Assembly: GCA_951406725.2 (NCBI GenBank)
Contig: OX597826.1
Coordinates: forward strand, 71,238,001-71,302,000
From: Octopus vulgaris
Taxonomy: Eukaryota
Length of the DNA stretch: 64,000 bases
Direction: 5' to 3'
Shown: positions 11,493 to 25,243 of the stretch, piece by piece
How the letters are laid out: every line of letters starts with the position of its first letter
How positions within the stretch are numbered: position 1 is the first letter of the stretch
Position numbers and translations under genes: made by a program
The notes under the pieces: generated by a model
What the model was told of the DNA's origin: nothing
Database searches by the model: none
The model's input: the letters and a program-made list of their open reading frames with translations, nothing else

Positions 11493-14140
11493 TGTAGATG
11501 TGTGTTGTGTCCAAGACGTATGATGGCGGAGAGCCTCAGCTAGACTGCAAAGGGCATAGACACAAATTTTTCTGGGTAGGCAACAATAATGTGACATAGG
11601 TGTGCTACTAGCAGTGAAATGAGTGGGTAAGGTGATTGAGCTAGTCAGGGTAAGTGATCAGATTATTAAAGCTTAGAATAACCTTGTTTGATGTAACTGC
11701 ATCAGTTATCTCTGCGTATGTATCATATGCCTCGTAGATACTCAGAAGGACCACTTCTATGAATCTCTTCTGAGGACTACCTCAATGATGAAAAATGACT
11801 GCATTTTCATCATGGCTAAGGGACTTTAATGAACATGTTGGAAAACACTCTGATGGATTTTAGGGTGTGCATGGCGACTATGGCTTTAGCTCCAGAAATG
11901 AGGAGGGGACAAAGATGTTGGGGTTCTGCGATGCTTATGGTTTATTAGTCTGCAACACCACCTTCAGAAAACCTGTCAACTGTCTGATTACTCATTAATC
12001 TGGTGGACACGCCAGCCAGATTGAGTACATCCTCACTTGACACAAAGATAGATATATCCTTAAATCTTTAAAAATGTTTTAGGCCGCGGCCATGCTGGGG
12101 CACCACATAAATGCAAAATCTTTCCCAGGAGAATAATGTACAATGCAACGTAAGATGTTAATGACTTCAGGCTTAGGGCCAGAAAGATGCAGATGTGCAA
12201 GCCAATATGGAAAAAGAAGCTCTGGAAGGTCAAAGATCCTTCAAATGGATAGTTTTAGAGATGTCCTCAATAAGGCCTATGATGAGGAGGGAGAGATAGA
12301 GACACAAGATGTAGAGAACAACAGGACGTTTCTATGGGACAATCTACTAAGGGCAGCAGACCAAATTTATGGCTGGAGCAAAGCCTCTACTAGACCAAGG
12401 GTGATATGGTGGTGGAACAGTGAGGTTGACAGGGTCCATAAAAGGGAAGAGACAGGTCTGGAAAGAATGGAAAAAAACAGGAGCAGAGAATAATATCAGA
12501 AAGCTAAAAGGGAAGCTAGATGTCAGTTCTATCTAGATAGAATAGAAGCAGAAGAGAAGAGCTTTGCCAAAGTCTTACAGCATGACAATTGGAGACTTGA
12601 AGTGTTCCAGATTGCTAGAGTATGTGAGTGAGGATTGAGATATTGTAGAAGAGAAGTGTGTGTGGGTAGATAAGTATGCTTGCACTTAGTGATATGAACA
12701 GGAAAGGAGTGTAGAAGAGTTACTGTGCAAGACTGTTGAATCTAGAGAATAGATAGGCTAAAGGGAGTTTCCCTTGTGTGAACCCAACAGAGGGACTGTA
12801 TATGCTAGTGGACAGCAGTGGCAATTAAAACCATAAAGACCAGGAAAATCCCTGGTCCATCTGGAATCACTGCTGAGATGCTCAAAATATCTGGTAAAGT
12901 ATTGTAGAGGCCATTCACTCTGCTTGCGAAGACCTGCTGAGGCAAATGAAATCGAAATCCGGTAACTGGCATCCATTGATAGTGGAGCACTAAGAGTACC
13001 ATATGAGTGAGATCGTTGCCAGAGCAACAAGCTGGCCTTCGTGCCGATGGCACGTTAAAAACACCATTCGAGCGTGATCATTACCTGCATCGCCTTACTA
13101 AGCACTTGTGCTGGGGGCACGTGAAAAAACATTTGAGCGAGGTCGTTGCCAGTGCCACTGAACTTGCTCCTGTGCAGGTGGCACGTAAAAAACACCATTT
13201 GAGCGTGGCCGTGGCCAGTACCACCTAACTGGCCCTCAGATAGTTTTCACGTGTACAAGATCCATAAAAACTATAGAGGCATGGGAAATTGATTCTCTCA
13301 AATACCCTGGTGGCTCATTAGAGGTAGTAGATAATTTCTGTTACCGAGGGGACCAAATTAGTAGTGGGGGTAGATTCACGGAGCATATGATTGCTAGAAT
13401 AAGAATAGGATGAAGAAATTCAGAGAGCTGTTACCTCTGTTGGCCACAAAAGGTTTCTCTCTCTAAGTGAAAGGAAGATTGTATGATGTTTGCATATGGA
13501 CAGCAATTTTACATGATAGTGAGATGTGGGTCCTGAATGCAGGGGAGATGTGAAGATTAGAAAGGCATGAGGTTAGTATGCTCATCTGGATGTATGATTT
13601 AGGTGTACCTGTTCAATAGAGTGTCAGTGTTTTGAGAGAGAAGATAGGCATGAAAGGAATTAGCTGCTGGGTGTAAGAGAGAAGACTGCACTGGTTTGGT
13701 CATGTGATGCAGATGGATGCCAACAGCTCCATAAAGAAGTGCCGATCTCTGAAAGTAGATGGAACATGTAGAAGGGAAATGGGATGAAGAATGACCACAG
13801 GAGGCTGAACCTTTCAGGTGAGATGACAAAGGACCGCGATGCCTGGCACCTTGCTGTTCTCAAGAAGACCTGTACACCACAGAGGGTATTAAGATCAGTC
13901 CCTCTGGTGTAAGGCACTCGAGGCAGTGGCATGTAAATGGATCCATATGGTGCCACATGAGCACCTGTGAAGTGCCACATAAAAGCACCTGTCCAGTGTC
14001 GTGTAAAAGCAGCTCTGTGGCTCCCCGTAAAAGCACTCTGAAACATGGTTGGCATTAGGAAGGGCATCCAGCTTTTGAAACCATGACGGATCAGACTGGG
14101 ACCTAGCATGGAAAATGAATGTTAAATGATAATGATGAAC
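11493..14140 (+). mobile_element. Decayed, internally deleted RTE-clade LINE
   Basis: APE endonuclease remnants (DFNEHVG, CNTTFRK, QIEYIL), GPSGITAEMLK, RLHWFGHV, RTE 3' UTR; homologous to 56180-59075. Confidence 0.8.
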
Positions 14141-14848
14141 AAATGTAGGGGCCATTCACTCTGCTTGATGAACAAACTTTAGAACCACCAGTTATTTCCA
14201 CTCATTTATTTATCTTATTGTCTTTATTTTTGTTTTTTTATTTATAATTTTCTCAATCTTTTATATTTATATTCCTTTTTTTTTTTTTGTATTCATATAT
14301 ATGTGTTAGTTTAAAAAAAAAAATTTTTTTATGAACATTCCGTAATCTGAAATGCTAAAGTTATAAACCCCTATGTTTCTCTTTGTTACGTATTGGTTTA
14401 TCCACTTATATTGCCACTACACTCACGGAGTGGTTGGCGTTAGGAAGGGCATCCAGCTGTAGAAACACTGCCAAATCAGACTGGAACCTGGTGCAGCCTT
14501 CGGGCTTCCCAGACCCCAGTTGAACCATCCAACCCATGCTAGCATGGAAAGCGGACGTTAAACGATGATGATGATGATGATGATGATGATTGCCAGTCAA
14601 CTGATCATGATCTTTATGAGTGTATACTTAACAGCTTTCACAGATGCACATATCTATAAATTGACTGAAGAAAGGGAAATATGGTACAAACATTTGATTT
14701 TGTAACTGAAAAGCCTTTGTTTTGACATCAATAAAGTGGAGAGCCATTATAATTGTGTAATGTACTTTTCTGGAATCTTTTGGTTTTATTTTATTTTCTA
14801 TCGTTTTACATTCTCCATCAACCATGCATCAAACATTGAACATTATTT

Positions 14849-15059
14849 ACATTGTTTACATTAGACGGATATTTGTCCTCATCTTGTTTGTTGTTAACAC
14901 AACGTTTCGGCTGATAAACCCTCCAACCTTCATCAGGTGAGAACCCAGGTTTGAAATTTCCCCAAGACACCTGATGAAGGCTGGAGGGTACATCAGCCGA
15001 AATGTTGTGTTAACAACAAACAAGATGAGGGCAAATATCTGTCAAATGTAAATAATGTA
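14849..15059. mobile_element. Inverted pair of Penelope-like termini, each with a hammerhead ribozyme
   Basis: ~90-bp arms; plus strand gacac CTGATGA a-ggctg..cagcc GAAA tg TT^gtgtt at 14966-15011, mirrored at 14896-14939. Confidence 0.75.
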
Positions 15060-15218
15060 CAACTTATCTGTGGTAAAAAGTTAGCTCCCCAAACACATGG
15101 TTCTGGGTTCAGTTCCACTGCATGGCACCTTGAGCAAGTGTGTTCTACTAGAGCCCTTGGCCAACCAAAGTTTTGCAAGTGGATTTGATAGAGAGAAATT
15201 GAAAGAAGCCCATCATAT

Positions 15219-15571
15219 TTGGTAGCTTTCAACTAACACTATCTACTCCGAAACCCTGCGGCGCAAGTTGACCAAAATTGAGAGTATGATAGAAGAAGGT
15301 TTGCTCTTCCTTCCGTAAAAGAAAAAAATTCAAATCGGACCATGTTAAGACCAAAAATTATTTACATCAAAAAGGTGCTTTTTTTCTATGAAAATCTCTA
15401 TTTTTTACGATTTTTTTTTACTGCTGTGTCGCCATTTTTCAGTGTATTTCAACCAGAAAAATGTTCACTTAAAGAGAATAACAAGCTACATAATGCAAAA
15501 TTTTTACTTTTCAAAAATTCCAATTCTAAAGGATCGAAAGAAACCCGAGCAACGCCGGGCTATACTGCTAG
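15219..15571 (+). mobile_element. Helitron-like element, 5'-truncated
   Basis: Ends CCCGAGCAACGCCGGG...CTAG; matches 28448-28840. Confidence 0.7.
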
Positions 15572-15982
15572 TTCTTTAATATGTTGGTCGAGCAAGGAAT
15601 ATCTGCCCCTTAGCTTGTTTCTAGGATCCTAAAAAAAACGGAAGCGAACGATGCAAGCTTTGATATAGCAGAGCGGACAAGGGTCATTAGATACTTGTCG
15701 TAAGGGTGGAATTCTCGTCCGTCGATAAGAGCTGGGAAATGTTATTGCAGACTTGAAACAGCCTAAGGGCAGAAAATTCCCGTTTGTCCATTAGACCCGT
15801 CAGATTTGTTAACCGGTCTAAGGGAGATAACTCGGCCTATTTAACGTTCAAACGACGTACATTATTCTTTCGTTTACAAATTAACTCACCGTAAAAGCTT
15901 TCCTATCATCGTTTGAATCTAACGAGTCGTCTTTAAAACTAAGCGCTTTATGGATGCTAAGATATATATATATATATATATA

Positions 15983-16366
15983 GGCGCAGGAGTGGCTGTG
16001 TGGTAAGTAGCTTGCTAACCAACCACATGGTTCCGGGTTCAGTCCCACTGCGTGGCACCTTGGGCAAGTGTCTTCTACTATAGCCTCGGGCCGACCAATG
16101 CCTTGTGAGTGGATTTGGTAGACGGAAACTGAAAGAAGTCCGTCATATATATGTATATATATATATGCGTGTGTGTGTTTGTCCCCCTAGCATTGCTTGA
16201 CAACCGATGCTGGTGTGTTTATGTCCCCGTTACTTAGCGGTTCGGCAAAAGAGGCCTATAGAATAGGTACTGGGCTTACAAAAGAATAAGTCCCGGGGTC
16301 GAGTTGCTCGATTAAAGGCGGTGCTCCAGCATGGCCGCAGTCATTTGACTGAAACAAGTAAAAGAG
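15983..16366 (+). mobile_element. SINE family A
   Basis: Full-length match to 10319-10725. Confidence 0.9.
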
Positions 16367-16767
16367 TATATATATATATATACAAGTGGACATCCAATAT
16401 GCTAGAAATAGATCACCTACGATCTCACAACAAAGTGGTCATCCCTTATACGCATGTAATACAAAATTTTCTGAATTTTCAGATTTTTCTATATGCTAGG
16501 CCACTGGTTTTAAATTGATGCTAATTAAATTAATATTCAATTTATTACCCTCATTACTTAAATTTGTGTGTGTGTGTGTGTTCCTTTAGGTTAATATAAA
16601 GATTTACTCCCGTTAACGAAAATAAAAACCTGCCTGCTCGGTGTTAAAAACTGTGTAGAAAACGAATATGAAAAAAAATTGCGCAAACGAACGTGGGCGG
16701 GAGACTTTCGGAAAATTCACAAGATCCGATTTTTCCTTCATAACTTCAGGAAAATGGATAAATAATA

Positions 16768-17121
16768 CTCTTTACTTGCTTCAGTCATGCTGGAGCACCA
16801 CCTTTAGTCGAGCAAATCGAACCCGGGACTTATTCTTTGTAAGCCCAGTACTTATTCTATCGGTTTCTGTTGCCGAACCGCTAAGTAACGGGGACGTAAA
16901 CACACCAGCATCGGTTGTCAAGCAATGCTAGGGGGACAAACACAGACGCACAAACATACACACATACATATATATATACATATATACGACGGGCTTCTTT
17001 CAGTTTCCGTCTACCAAATCCACTCACAAGGCTTTGGTCAGCACGGGGCTATAGTAGAAGACACTTGCCCAAGATGCCATGTGGTTGGTTAGCAAGCTAC
17101 TTACCACACAGCCACTCCTGC
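16768..17121 (-). mobile_element. SINE family A
   Basis: Reverse-complement match with small deletions. Confidence 0.85.
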
Positions 17122-17414
17122 GATAATGTTGAAATGTTATAGAAATACCGTTCAAATGGAACAAATTACGATTATAAAGACATTTCTGGGGGAAAATTTT
17201 TCCGAAGAAGTGGGGAAAAGACTGTCGGAAAATTCACACGAGCCATTATTTTTCCTTCATAACTTTCAGGATTTAGCTTAGCGACCAGTCGCCAAAATGT
17301 TACTATTTTTTTTATGTTTGTCTTTTGCTTTAAATTTGTACAAGTTGGCTCCAAGTTTCACCCAGAGACTTCAAGAGACAACAAGTTGGAAGTTCTATTA
17401 TTATTATTATTATT

Positions 17415-17963
17415 GAGTGAGAGAGCAGTTCATGCCATCAAAGTGACACTGGGATAAAATATACGAAGCCCAATATACCCATCATGACTACCCGTCTGAT
17501 AAAGGTACACCAGGCACATGCATCACAACCATATGTGCGCGACATGGTGATCTCATATCAAGATAAACAGCACATGACCTTGCAGGTGGGGCCCAGTTAG
17601 AATTTTCTTCAGGTTGAGTAGCCCATCCCGCTCAAACGGTCCCTGAATAAGGGTTGTTTAAGGATGTTGAAAGAACCACCCATGTTTCCAGAGGTGAACT
17701 ATTCAAACCCCAAAGAATCCCTCTCAACACATGGCTATGATGCTCCCCCACTACTTCTGCTCGTGATCAGAGATGCACATATCGTCAGCCACTAAGGGAC
17801 ATGCTCAACTGGTTAAGGTCAAACAACTGACAAGCAAATCTGTGGTATTGAGCAGAATATTTGCTGTAGCCCATCTTTTATACCAAGACAAAACAATGTA
17901 CATGATAACACTTCCAGTCAGTTAAGATCAGAAGCCATGAGAGCCACTGCCTGGGACTGCATC
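17415..17963. mobile_element. Interspersed repeat inserted in a (TTA)n microsatellite
   Basis: Flanked by (TTA)n on both sides; part of it recurs inverted at ~3490-3670. Confidence 0.55.
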
Positions 17964-17981
17964 AATTATTATTATTATTAC

Positions 17982-18012
<31 letters not shown>

Positions 18013-18164
18013 GTTATTATTATTATTATTATTATTATTGCACTGGATTCCTATGTTTTCGATTACGGAGATTCCGAATATGCAAAAAAAAACACGTTTT
18101 ATAAATTTTTAATAGTGGAGGACAAACACAGGCACACAAATACACACACACACACACATACAAT

Positions 18165-18222
<58 letters not shown>

Positions 18223-18226
<4 letters not shown>

Positions 18227-18630
18227 TACAGAGATGTACTTGCATAGCAAGTGACCTGATCTGAGATCGTGTGGTGGAACGTAAACAATTGCAGCGTGGA
18301 AGGTGTTTATAAGCCATTTAAGAAACACAAAAACCGTTAGATTCACTTCGACATTTAAATTTAATTTGTCAAACTATTTTCATCGCTTTGAGACCGCCAC
18401 CTGTTCACTGACAAAAAAAAGATGCAGCAGAGAATTTTGTCAGTGAACAGGTCGCGGTCTCAAAGCGACGAAAATATTTTGACAAATTAAATTTCAATGT
18501 TAAAGTGAATCTAATGGTTTTCGTGTGTTTCTTAAATGGCTTATAAACACCTTCCACGCTGCAATTGTTTACGTTCCACCACACGATCTCAGATCAGGTC
18601 ACTTGCTATGCAAGTACATCTCTGTAATGT
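18223..18630. mobile_element. ~190-bp-arm palindrome of Penelope-like termini with a G3:C8 hammerhead
   Basis: Arms ~18223-18416 and ~18434-18630; tttgtca GTGAACA g-gtcgc..gcgac GAAA atat TT^tgacaaa at 18436-18486. Confidence 0.72.
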
Positions 18631-18651
18631 ATATATTCCACGCTGCAATTG

Positions 18652-18694
<43 letters not shown>

Positions 18695-18869
18695 TAATAA
18701 AAAGGGTTCAGCAAAGATTTGCTACACCACAGACCGAAGTTTAGAAATAGCAGCCAAAAATCTTAGCTATTTCTTCTACTTTAAAAGGGGGTCTCCCGGA
18801 AAAACCAAAATACTTGAAGAAAATTCACACGAGCAGAGAGTAAAGCAACGAAAATCAATCAATATCTGG

Positions 18870-19210
<341 letters not shown>

Positions 19211-19212
<2 letters not shown>

Positions 19213-19460
19213 AGGAAAAAAGCAACAAGAATGGATCAATATATCGGTACAATTGTTTCGTACGAGGACATCTTTAATAAAGCTACAATGTCCTCGTACG
19301 AAACAATTGTACCGATATATTGATCCATTCTTGTTGCTTTTTTCCTATTTGTAATCACCCCACTTTGTCGTATGGTTAACACCATATAGATTTCCGGTGC
19401 ATCCTAGTTAAGGACCATATTCATGTGAATTCATTAGAACTCACTTGAATCTCAATTACT
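19211..19460 (+). mobile_element. Penelope-like terminus with a ~60-bp fold-back
   Basis: Inverted repeat 19211-19270/19289-19348 carrying the 3' half of a hammerhead (GAAA caattg TA); homologous to 40875-41040. Confidence 0.65.
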
Positions 19461-19876
19461 TAAGCCGTATATATATATATATAATATATATATATTATTA
19501 CAAAAATGTAAATTTTGGATATAGAGTTACCAAAGGTTTCGTATCCACAAAGCCAAAGCCTTGTGGACAGCTTGTCAGACTCTGTGCAAAGACAATTCTA
19601 ATTTTCTACATCAAAGACGTTAGGAAACACTTAGAAATAGAGATTTAAATCTCAACATATAAAATGTTTATGCGGATGGGGTTGTCTCCCCTGAACCACG
19701 GTATATAAAAACAACCGTTAGAGACCCGAGAATGCTTACACAAGCAAGCGTGGAGATGCAATTTGGAAGTAGATAGCGCTTGGAGCTTTTTTGGTTTGTG
19801 TCCATTTCAAGCGCTACCTACAAGGTTTTGGTCGACCTAGGGCTATAGTAGAAGACATTTGCCCAAGATGCCACAT

Positions 19877-20290
19877 AGGCGCAGGAGTGGCTGTGTGGTA
19901 AGTAGCTTGTTTACCAACCACATGGTCCCGGGTTCAGTCCCACTGCGTGGCACCTTGGGCAAGTGTCTTCTACTATAGCCTCGGGCCGACCAAATCCTTG
20001 TGAGTGCATTTGGTAGACGGAAACTGAAAAAAGCCCGTCATATATATGTATATATATATGTGTGTGTGTGTGTATGTTTGTGTGTCTGTGTTTGTCCCCC
20101 CAACATCGCTTGACAACCGATGCTGGTGTGTTTACGTCCCCGAAACTTAGCGGTTCGGCAAAAGAGACCGATAGAATAAGTACTGGGCTTACAAAAGAAT
20201 AAGTCCTGGGGTCGATTTGGTCGACTAAAGGCGGTGCTCCAGCATGGCCACAGTCAAATGACTGAAACATGTAAAAGAGAGAGTAAAGAG
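19877..20290 (+). mobile_element. SINE family A
   Basis: Full-length match. Confidence 0.9.
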
Positions 20291-20437
20291 TAGGACTGAA
20301 CCCGGAACCATGTGGTTGGGAAGCAAGCTTCTTACCACACAACCACTCCTGTGCCTTATACATGCATACATACATACATACATGCATGCATACATACATA
20401 CATACATGCATGCATGCATACATACATACATACATAC

Positions 20438-20812
20438 ATCGGTTATGACGATGAGGATTCCGGTTAATCCGAATCAACGGAACAGCCTGCTCGTGAAATT
20501 AACGTGTAAGTGGCTGAGCACTCCACAGACACGTGTACCCTTAACGTAGTTCTCGGGGATTTTCAGCGTGACACAGAGAGTGACAAGGCCGGCCCCTTGA
20601 AATACAGGTACAACAGAAACAGGAAGTAAGAGTGAGAGAGAAAGTTGTGGTGAAAGAGTACAGCAGGGATCACCACCATCCCCTGCCGGAGCCTCGTGGA
20701 GCTTTAGGTGTTTTCGCTCAATAAACACTCACAACGCCCGGTCTGGGAATCGAAACCGCGATCCTATGACCGCGAGTCCGCTGCCCTAACCACTGGGCCA
20801 ATGCACATCCAC
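20438..20812 (-). mobile_element. SINE family B
   Basis: Reverse complement of 431-815. Confidence 0.85.
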
Positions 20813-21678
20813 TGAAAACTATATATTACAACAATGAAAGATGTAAGAGGTTTTGAAGTTTTTATAAGTTTAAATCAATAAATGTTGGAACAGGAAATAT
20901 AAAAAGAGAAAAATTACTTGGCATCTTGGGCAAGTGTCTTCTGCTATAGCCCCGGGCCGACCAATGCCTTGTGAGTGGATTTGGTAGACGGAAACTGAAA
21001 GAAGCCTGTCGTATATATGTATATATATGTATATATATATATGTATTATGTGTGTGTGTTTGTGTGTCTGTGTTTCTCCCCCTAGCATTGCTTGACCACC
21101 GATGCTGGTGTGTTTACGTCCCCGTCACTTAGTGGTTCGGCAAAAGAGACCGATAGGATAAGTACTGGGCTTACAAAGAATAAGTCCCGGGTCAATTTGC
21201 TCGACTAAAGGTGGTGCTCCAGCATGGCCGCAGTCAAATGCCTGAAACAAGTAAAATAGTAAATAGTAAATACAATTTTTCATTTTGGTTTTTAACCAAC
21301 ATCAAAATGAAAATCAAATGGAAATTGTAGTTAAGATATCCGTGTTGGTGACAGGTTAAAAGCACCATCCGAACGTGGCTGTTGCCAGCGCCGCCTGACT
21401 GGCGTCCGTGTCGGTGACACGTAAAAAGCACCAACCGATCGTGGCCGTGTGCCAGCCTCATCTGACCGCTGTGCCGGTGGCACGTAAAAAAAGCACCCAC
21501 TACACTCATTTCCTCTATTTACATAATATTGAGGTCTCTTTCTTTCTTTTGTTACCTTACCATTTTTACCAATATATATATATAGATAGATAGATGCATA
21601 TATATAGATACATATTTGTATGTATATATATGTATATATAAATATGTGAGTATATATATGTATACATATATGTATATA

Positions 21679-21711
<33 letters not shown>

Positions 21712-21760
21712 GAAAAAACAAGTCAAGATAGAAAATGCTAAAATAATTTTATAAAGAACA

Positions 21761-21805
21761 TTTCAGTACCGGTTTCGGTCATTTTGAGACCTTTTCAACT
21801 GTAAA
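21761..21805 (-). ncRNA. Type I hammerhead, U3:A8 core variant, in a Penelope-like remnant
   Basis: tttacag TTGAAAA ggtc-tcaaaat-gacc GAAA ccgg TA^ ctgaaa. Confidence 0.68.
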
Positions 21806-22130
21806 GATTAAATAATTAAATTTAGAAAAATTAAAAGAAAAGTTTTTTTTAAGGAATATTTGTACAGTGTTCAAATATAAGTGGCATTTTCCTTGTTTCT
21901 GCCTTTCTCTGTCTCTCTTGTTTGCACTTGTGTGTTCGAGGTCAGGTCTTTGTGAATTCTTGGTAGGGTAGAAGAAGAAGAAGAAGGATGATGAGGAGAA
22001 AGGGTAGAAAAATTTGGGAGTGCCTTGATTGTCGTATTTTGAATGGTCAGTTGCAGTTCAATTCAGGAGAATATTTCTATTGAAAGGTTTGTTTATAGAA
22101 TTTGCGTAGGTGTTATACTAAAAAACATTA

Positions 22131-22180
<50 letters not shown>

Positions 22181-23849
22181 TATGTATATATACATATATA
22201 TATGTATATAGCCATATATATGCATACATACATATATAGATATTTATACATATATGTGTGTGTGTGTGTGTAATCTTTGTACTCTATGTTCGATAAATGG
22301 AGTGGGTACGAATTCCATATGGTGTATATTATGTAATTTATGGATGTACTAAAGGACAAGAAGTGTACTCGAATCACAGATAGACTGAAAGTGAATAATG
22401 ACGTTGCTTGTGATAAATATACTGCTGTAGTAAGTAACCAGAATTCCATCTCACCTTTGTTGCATTTCTCCATATCTATTTCCTATTATCTATTAATATA
22501 CATTTCCTATTCATGTAAGTACAGGAAGATGATATGATTCCAATTAATATGTATGTGTTCTGAGAACTCAGATAAGTGTACCACCAAAATTCCAGGTAGT
22601 TCAGCAGTTTAAGTTGTGGTTGTGTGATTGTCATGTTCAAAAGGCGGCTAATGGTGGCTTCCCTTTGAGTCAGAAGGTATAGGCTAAAATAGTGAGGAAA
22701 GACAAACATTTAGTCAAGGTGAGACAAAGACATTTGATTTAATTTGATTGAATCTAAAAATTTACCCACATAACAAATGGTAAAAATAGTACAAACTGGT
22801 AAAGATAGTGTTCTGTTATCATTCACTCTTCCTCTGGAGTGAATAGCCTTCAATATACTGAACAATATATATCCAATGTATACCTCTTAACTTTTAATCT
22901 TTGCCCTCACCAGAATGTATCTTTATTACATGCACAACACTGGATCTGCTAGCATTTTCAGTCTCTTTCAATATAGAGTTCTGCATAACAATTCTTTCCC
23001 TCCTCTTACCTTGATGTAATATTTTACCATTCTTTCTGATCACAGATTTACCTAAAGAAGACTCAATCCAACTGGATTAATTGGACCCTCCCACCCACCT
23101 GGACATAATGAACCACAACAAATATCATTGATGAGGAGCATTCTTTCCACTATCAAACATATATTTCTCCGATGATGGAATACTCAATTTATATATGAGG
23201 GGTTATATGTACACACATAAGCCTTTATTCTCTGATTACTTCTGGAAGCAGGTCACACCAAGCTTGCAGACTTGTCCAGGATGACTGAGAGATTGGGCCT
23301 CATTGATGTGCATCCAAAAATTTTCCCCTTGAGGAACTGCTTTACTCCGCCTGAGCTCCCTTTCTTGCTATGCAGTGTATTACATCACCCTCTCAGAGAC
23401 TGCCAAAGTTATTTAGATAACACCATCCAGTGATGTACCAAATTAATCTGCTAAGTCAGTTTTGACAGCACTGGCTGGTAACAGGCTAAACTGTCCATAA
23501 GATTCAGTGGCCTTGGTTTCTGTCATTCCTTGCACCTGGCTCTACCAGCCTATCTTCCCTCGGTCTCCTTTAGCTCCACCCTCATCAGCAAGATACTCCA
23601 AGAGATGGCTGAACCAGATATTGCCCTGGAACTGGAGTCAGACCTAGTTGACTGGACTGCTGTAGGCCTTGCCATCCCCAAGAACACAGATGTCCAATGC
23701 AGCTAGGATAACATGAGATACAAGTCCACCTTCAAGCAGCTCGAGACATCACTAGACCAGCATCATCTTATTTGCCTCCATCTCACCTTGCAACCAAACG
23801 ATGGGGCTTGGTTCAATTCAGTGTCCTCAATGGTTCAGTACTTTTCTAG

Positions 23850-24460
23850 ATGAGGAGTGCACTCATTGGAGTGGCCCAAGGCCTTGGTCTCTATATGAGT
23901 GAGCTGCTCAAATGTCATTGCGGAGCAGTAGCAGACAAATTTAGCCTGCATCCATTATCCTGTAGCCTTTGTGTGAGCCAGTTTTCCCAACACACCACTC
24001 TGAATGAAATAACTGTAAGGGGCTTTGATGTAGCTGGCTTCTTGTTTCAACTTCAACCAACATGTCTTGACTGTGGGGTCATTAAGTACTCTAATTGAAT
24101 ATCCTTCTTCCTATTCAAGTCAGGCAGATCCCTGTTCTGGACATGATGTGCAGTGAGATGTTCTCTGGCTCCAACCATGCTGTGTTAGCCGCAGTTCTGG
24201 ATGTTGCTGCCTGTAACACAAAGGAAAGAAAAATCAATAAATACAGGGACCTGACTGGTTGCTATACGTTTCAAATGATCAAGATCAAGACATCAGATGT
24301 TCTCAGAAACCCCATCACTACCAAATTCTTCTGCCTAATCAAGATAATGGCAACCCATCAGAGAAATGAATGCCACAAGGTGGAGTGGCTAATACTGCGA
24401 GCGTCACTGGCCATTCTCTGTGGCATTGCCATCATGGTCATAGCCATGGGGCATGGCTAA
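23850..24460 (+). pseudogene. Decayed C-terminus of an RLE-type (CRE-like) non-LTR retrotransposon ORF
   Basis: CHCG...HPLSC...HTTLNE zinc-knuckle/RLE region, KERKINKYRDL; related to the 44950 and 48330 fragments. Confidence 0.55.
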
Positions 24461-24589
24461 GCACACCATTTCTTCTGGGGTATGTTGCTCATCGCTCCCT
24501 CCTCCTCCATCTTCCGCTGCTTTACCCCCACCATTCTTTCTCTTTCTTTCTTTTCCTTTCTTAACTCACTTCTTGCCTGTTTCTTTGGA

Positions 24590-24816
24590 ACAAACTGCCG
24601 GCATCAGTTGTTGGTTGTCGGAGCACTGCATCCTTCAAGACTTCCATGCTTCCTGAGGTTCACCAACACTACACCTGATTTTCTCCCCTCCATACACACA
24701 CAAGCATGTATCTGACTCATACACTGTTCACTTTCCAGACATTTGTACATTACTGCATAAACTTTACAAGCACATTGGACAAGTTTTGGTGCACCTGAGC
24801 ACTGTATACAATAATT

Positions 24817-24866
<50 letters not shown>
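24590..24866 (+). mobile_element. CR1-like LINE 3' end with (ATT)n tail
   Basis: Inverted match to 27921-28150. Confidence 0.75.
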
Positions 24867-25124
24867 GTACTTCATATAAAATCTGGTTTGTTGCTGGAAT
24901 TTACTGCATATTATTACATTTCAATAGACAAGACCTGAACTATTCAATCTTTCTTCCTTTTCTTTCAGTGGAATTTTTTTGCTGTAACAGGCTGATAAAA
25001 ACAGGATTGAGCAAATAATTTGCTGTACTGTGTGAATCATAGCTTCTTAGATGCCTGAATTATTTTTCTCGGAAAATCTTCCTGAATTGTTAAACAAAAA
25101 TACTTTCACTTCAGTTTTACTTAC

Positions 25125-25243
25125 AACAATAAGACAGCCAGGAAGATATTTCTGTTTTTTGTCATGTTTTTGTATCTTTTTACACTTCAGCGCATTTTTG
25201 GCGCTAAAGTAATATTTTCTCTTTACATTTTAAACAACCTTGA
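25125..25243 (-). other. Candidate exon of a minus-strand transcript (possible ATG at 25165: MTKNRNIFLAVLL)
   Basis: gttttgttttgtag acceptor and gtaagt donor; all frames are closed upstream of the ATG. Confidence 0.35.

Noticed and set aside
15600-15960. CpG-richer stretch as a promoter
   Set aside because: No linked exon or clear core motif; may be an unrecognised repeat.
23010-23051. 42-nt minus-strand exon candidate
   Set aside because: Plausible splice sites, but it sits in decayed repeat-like DNA and its phase does not fit the neighbouring candidates.
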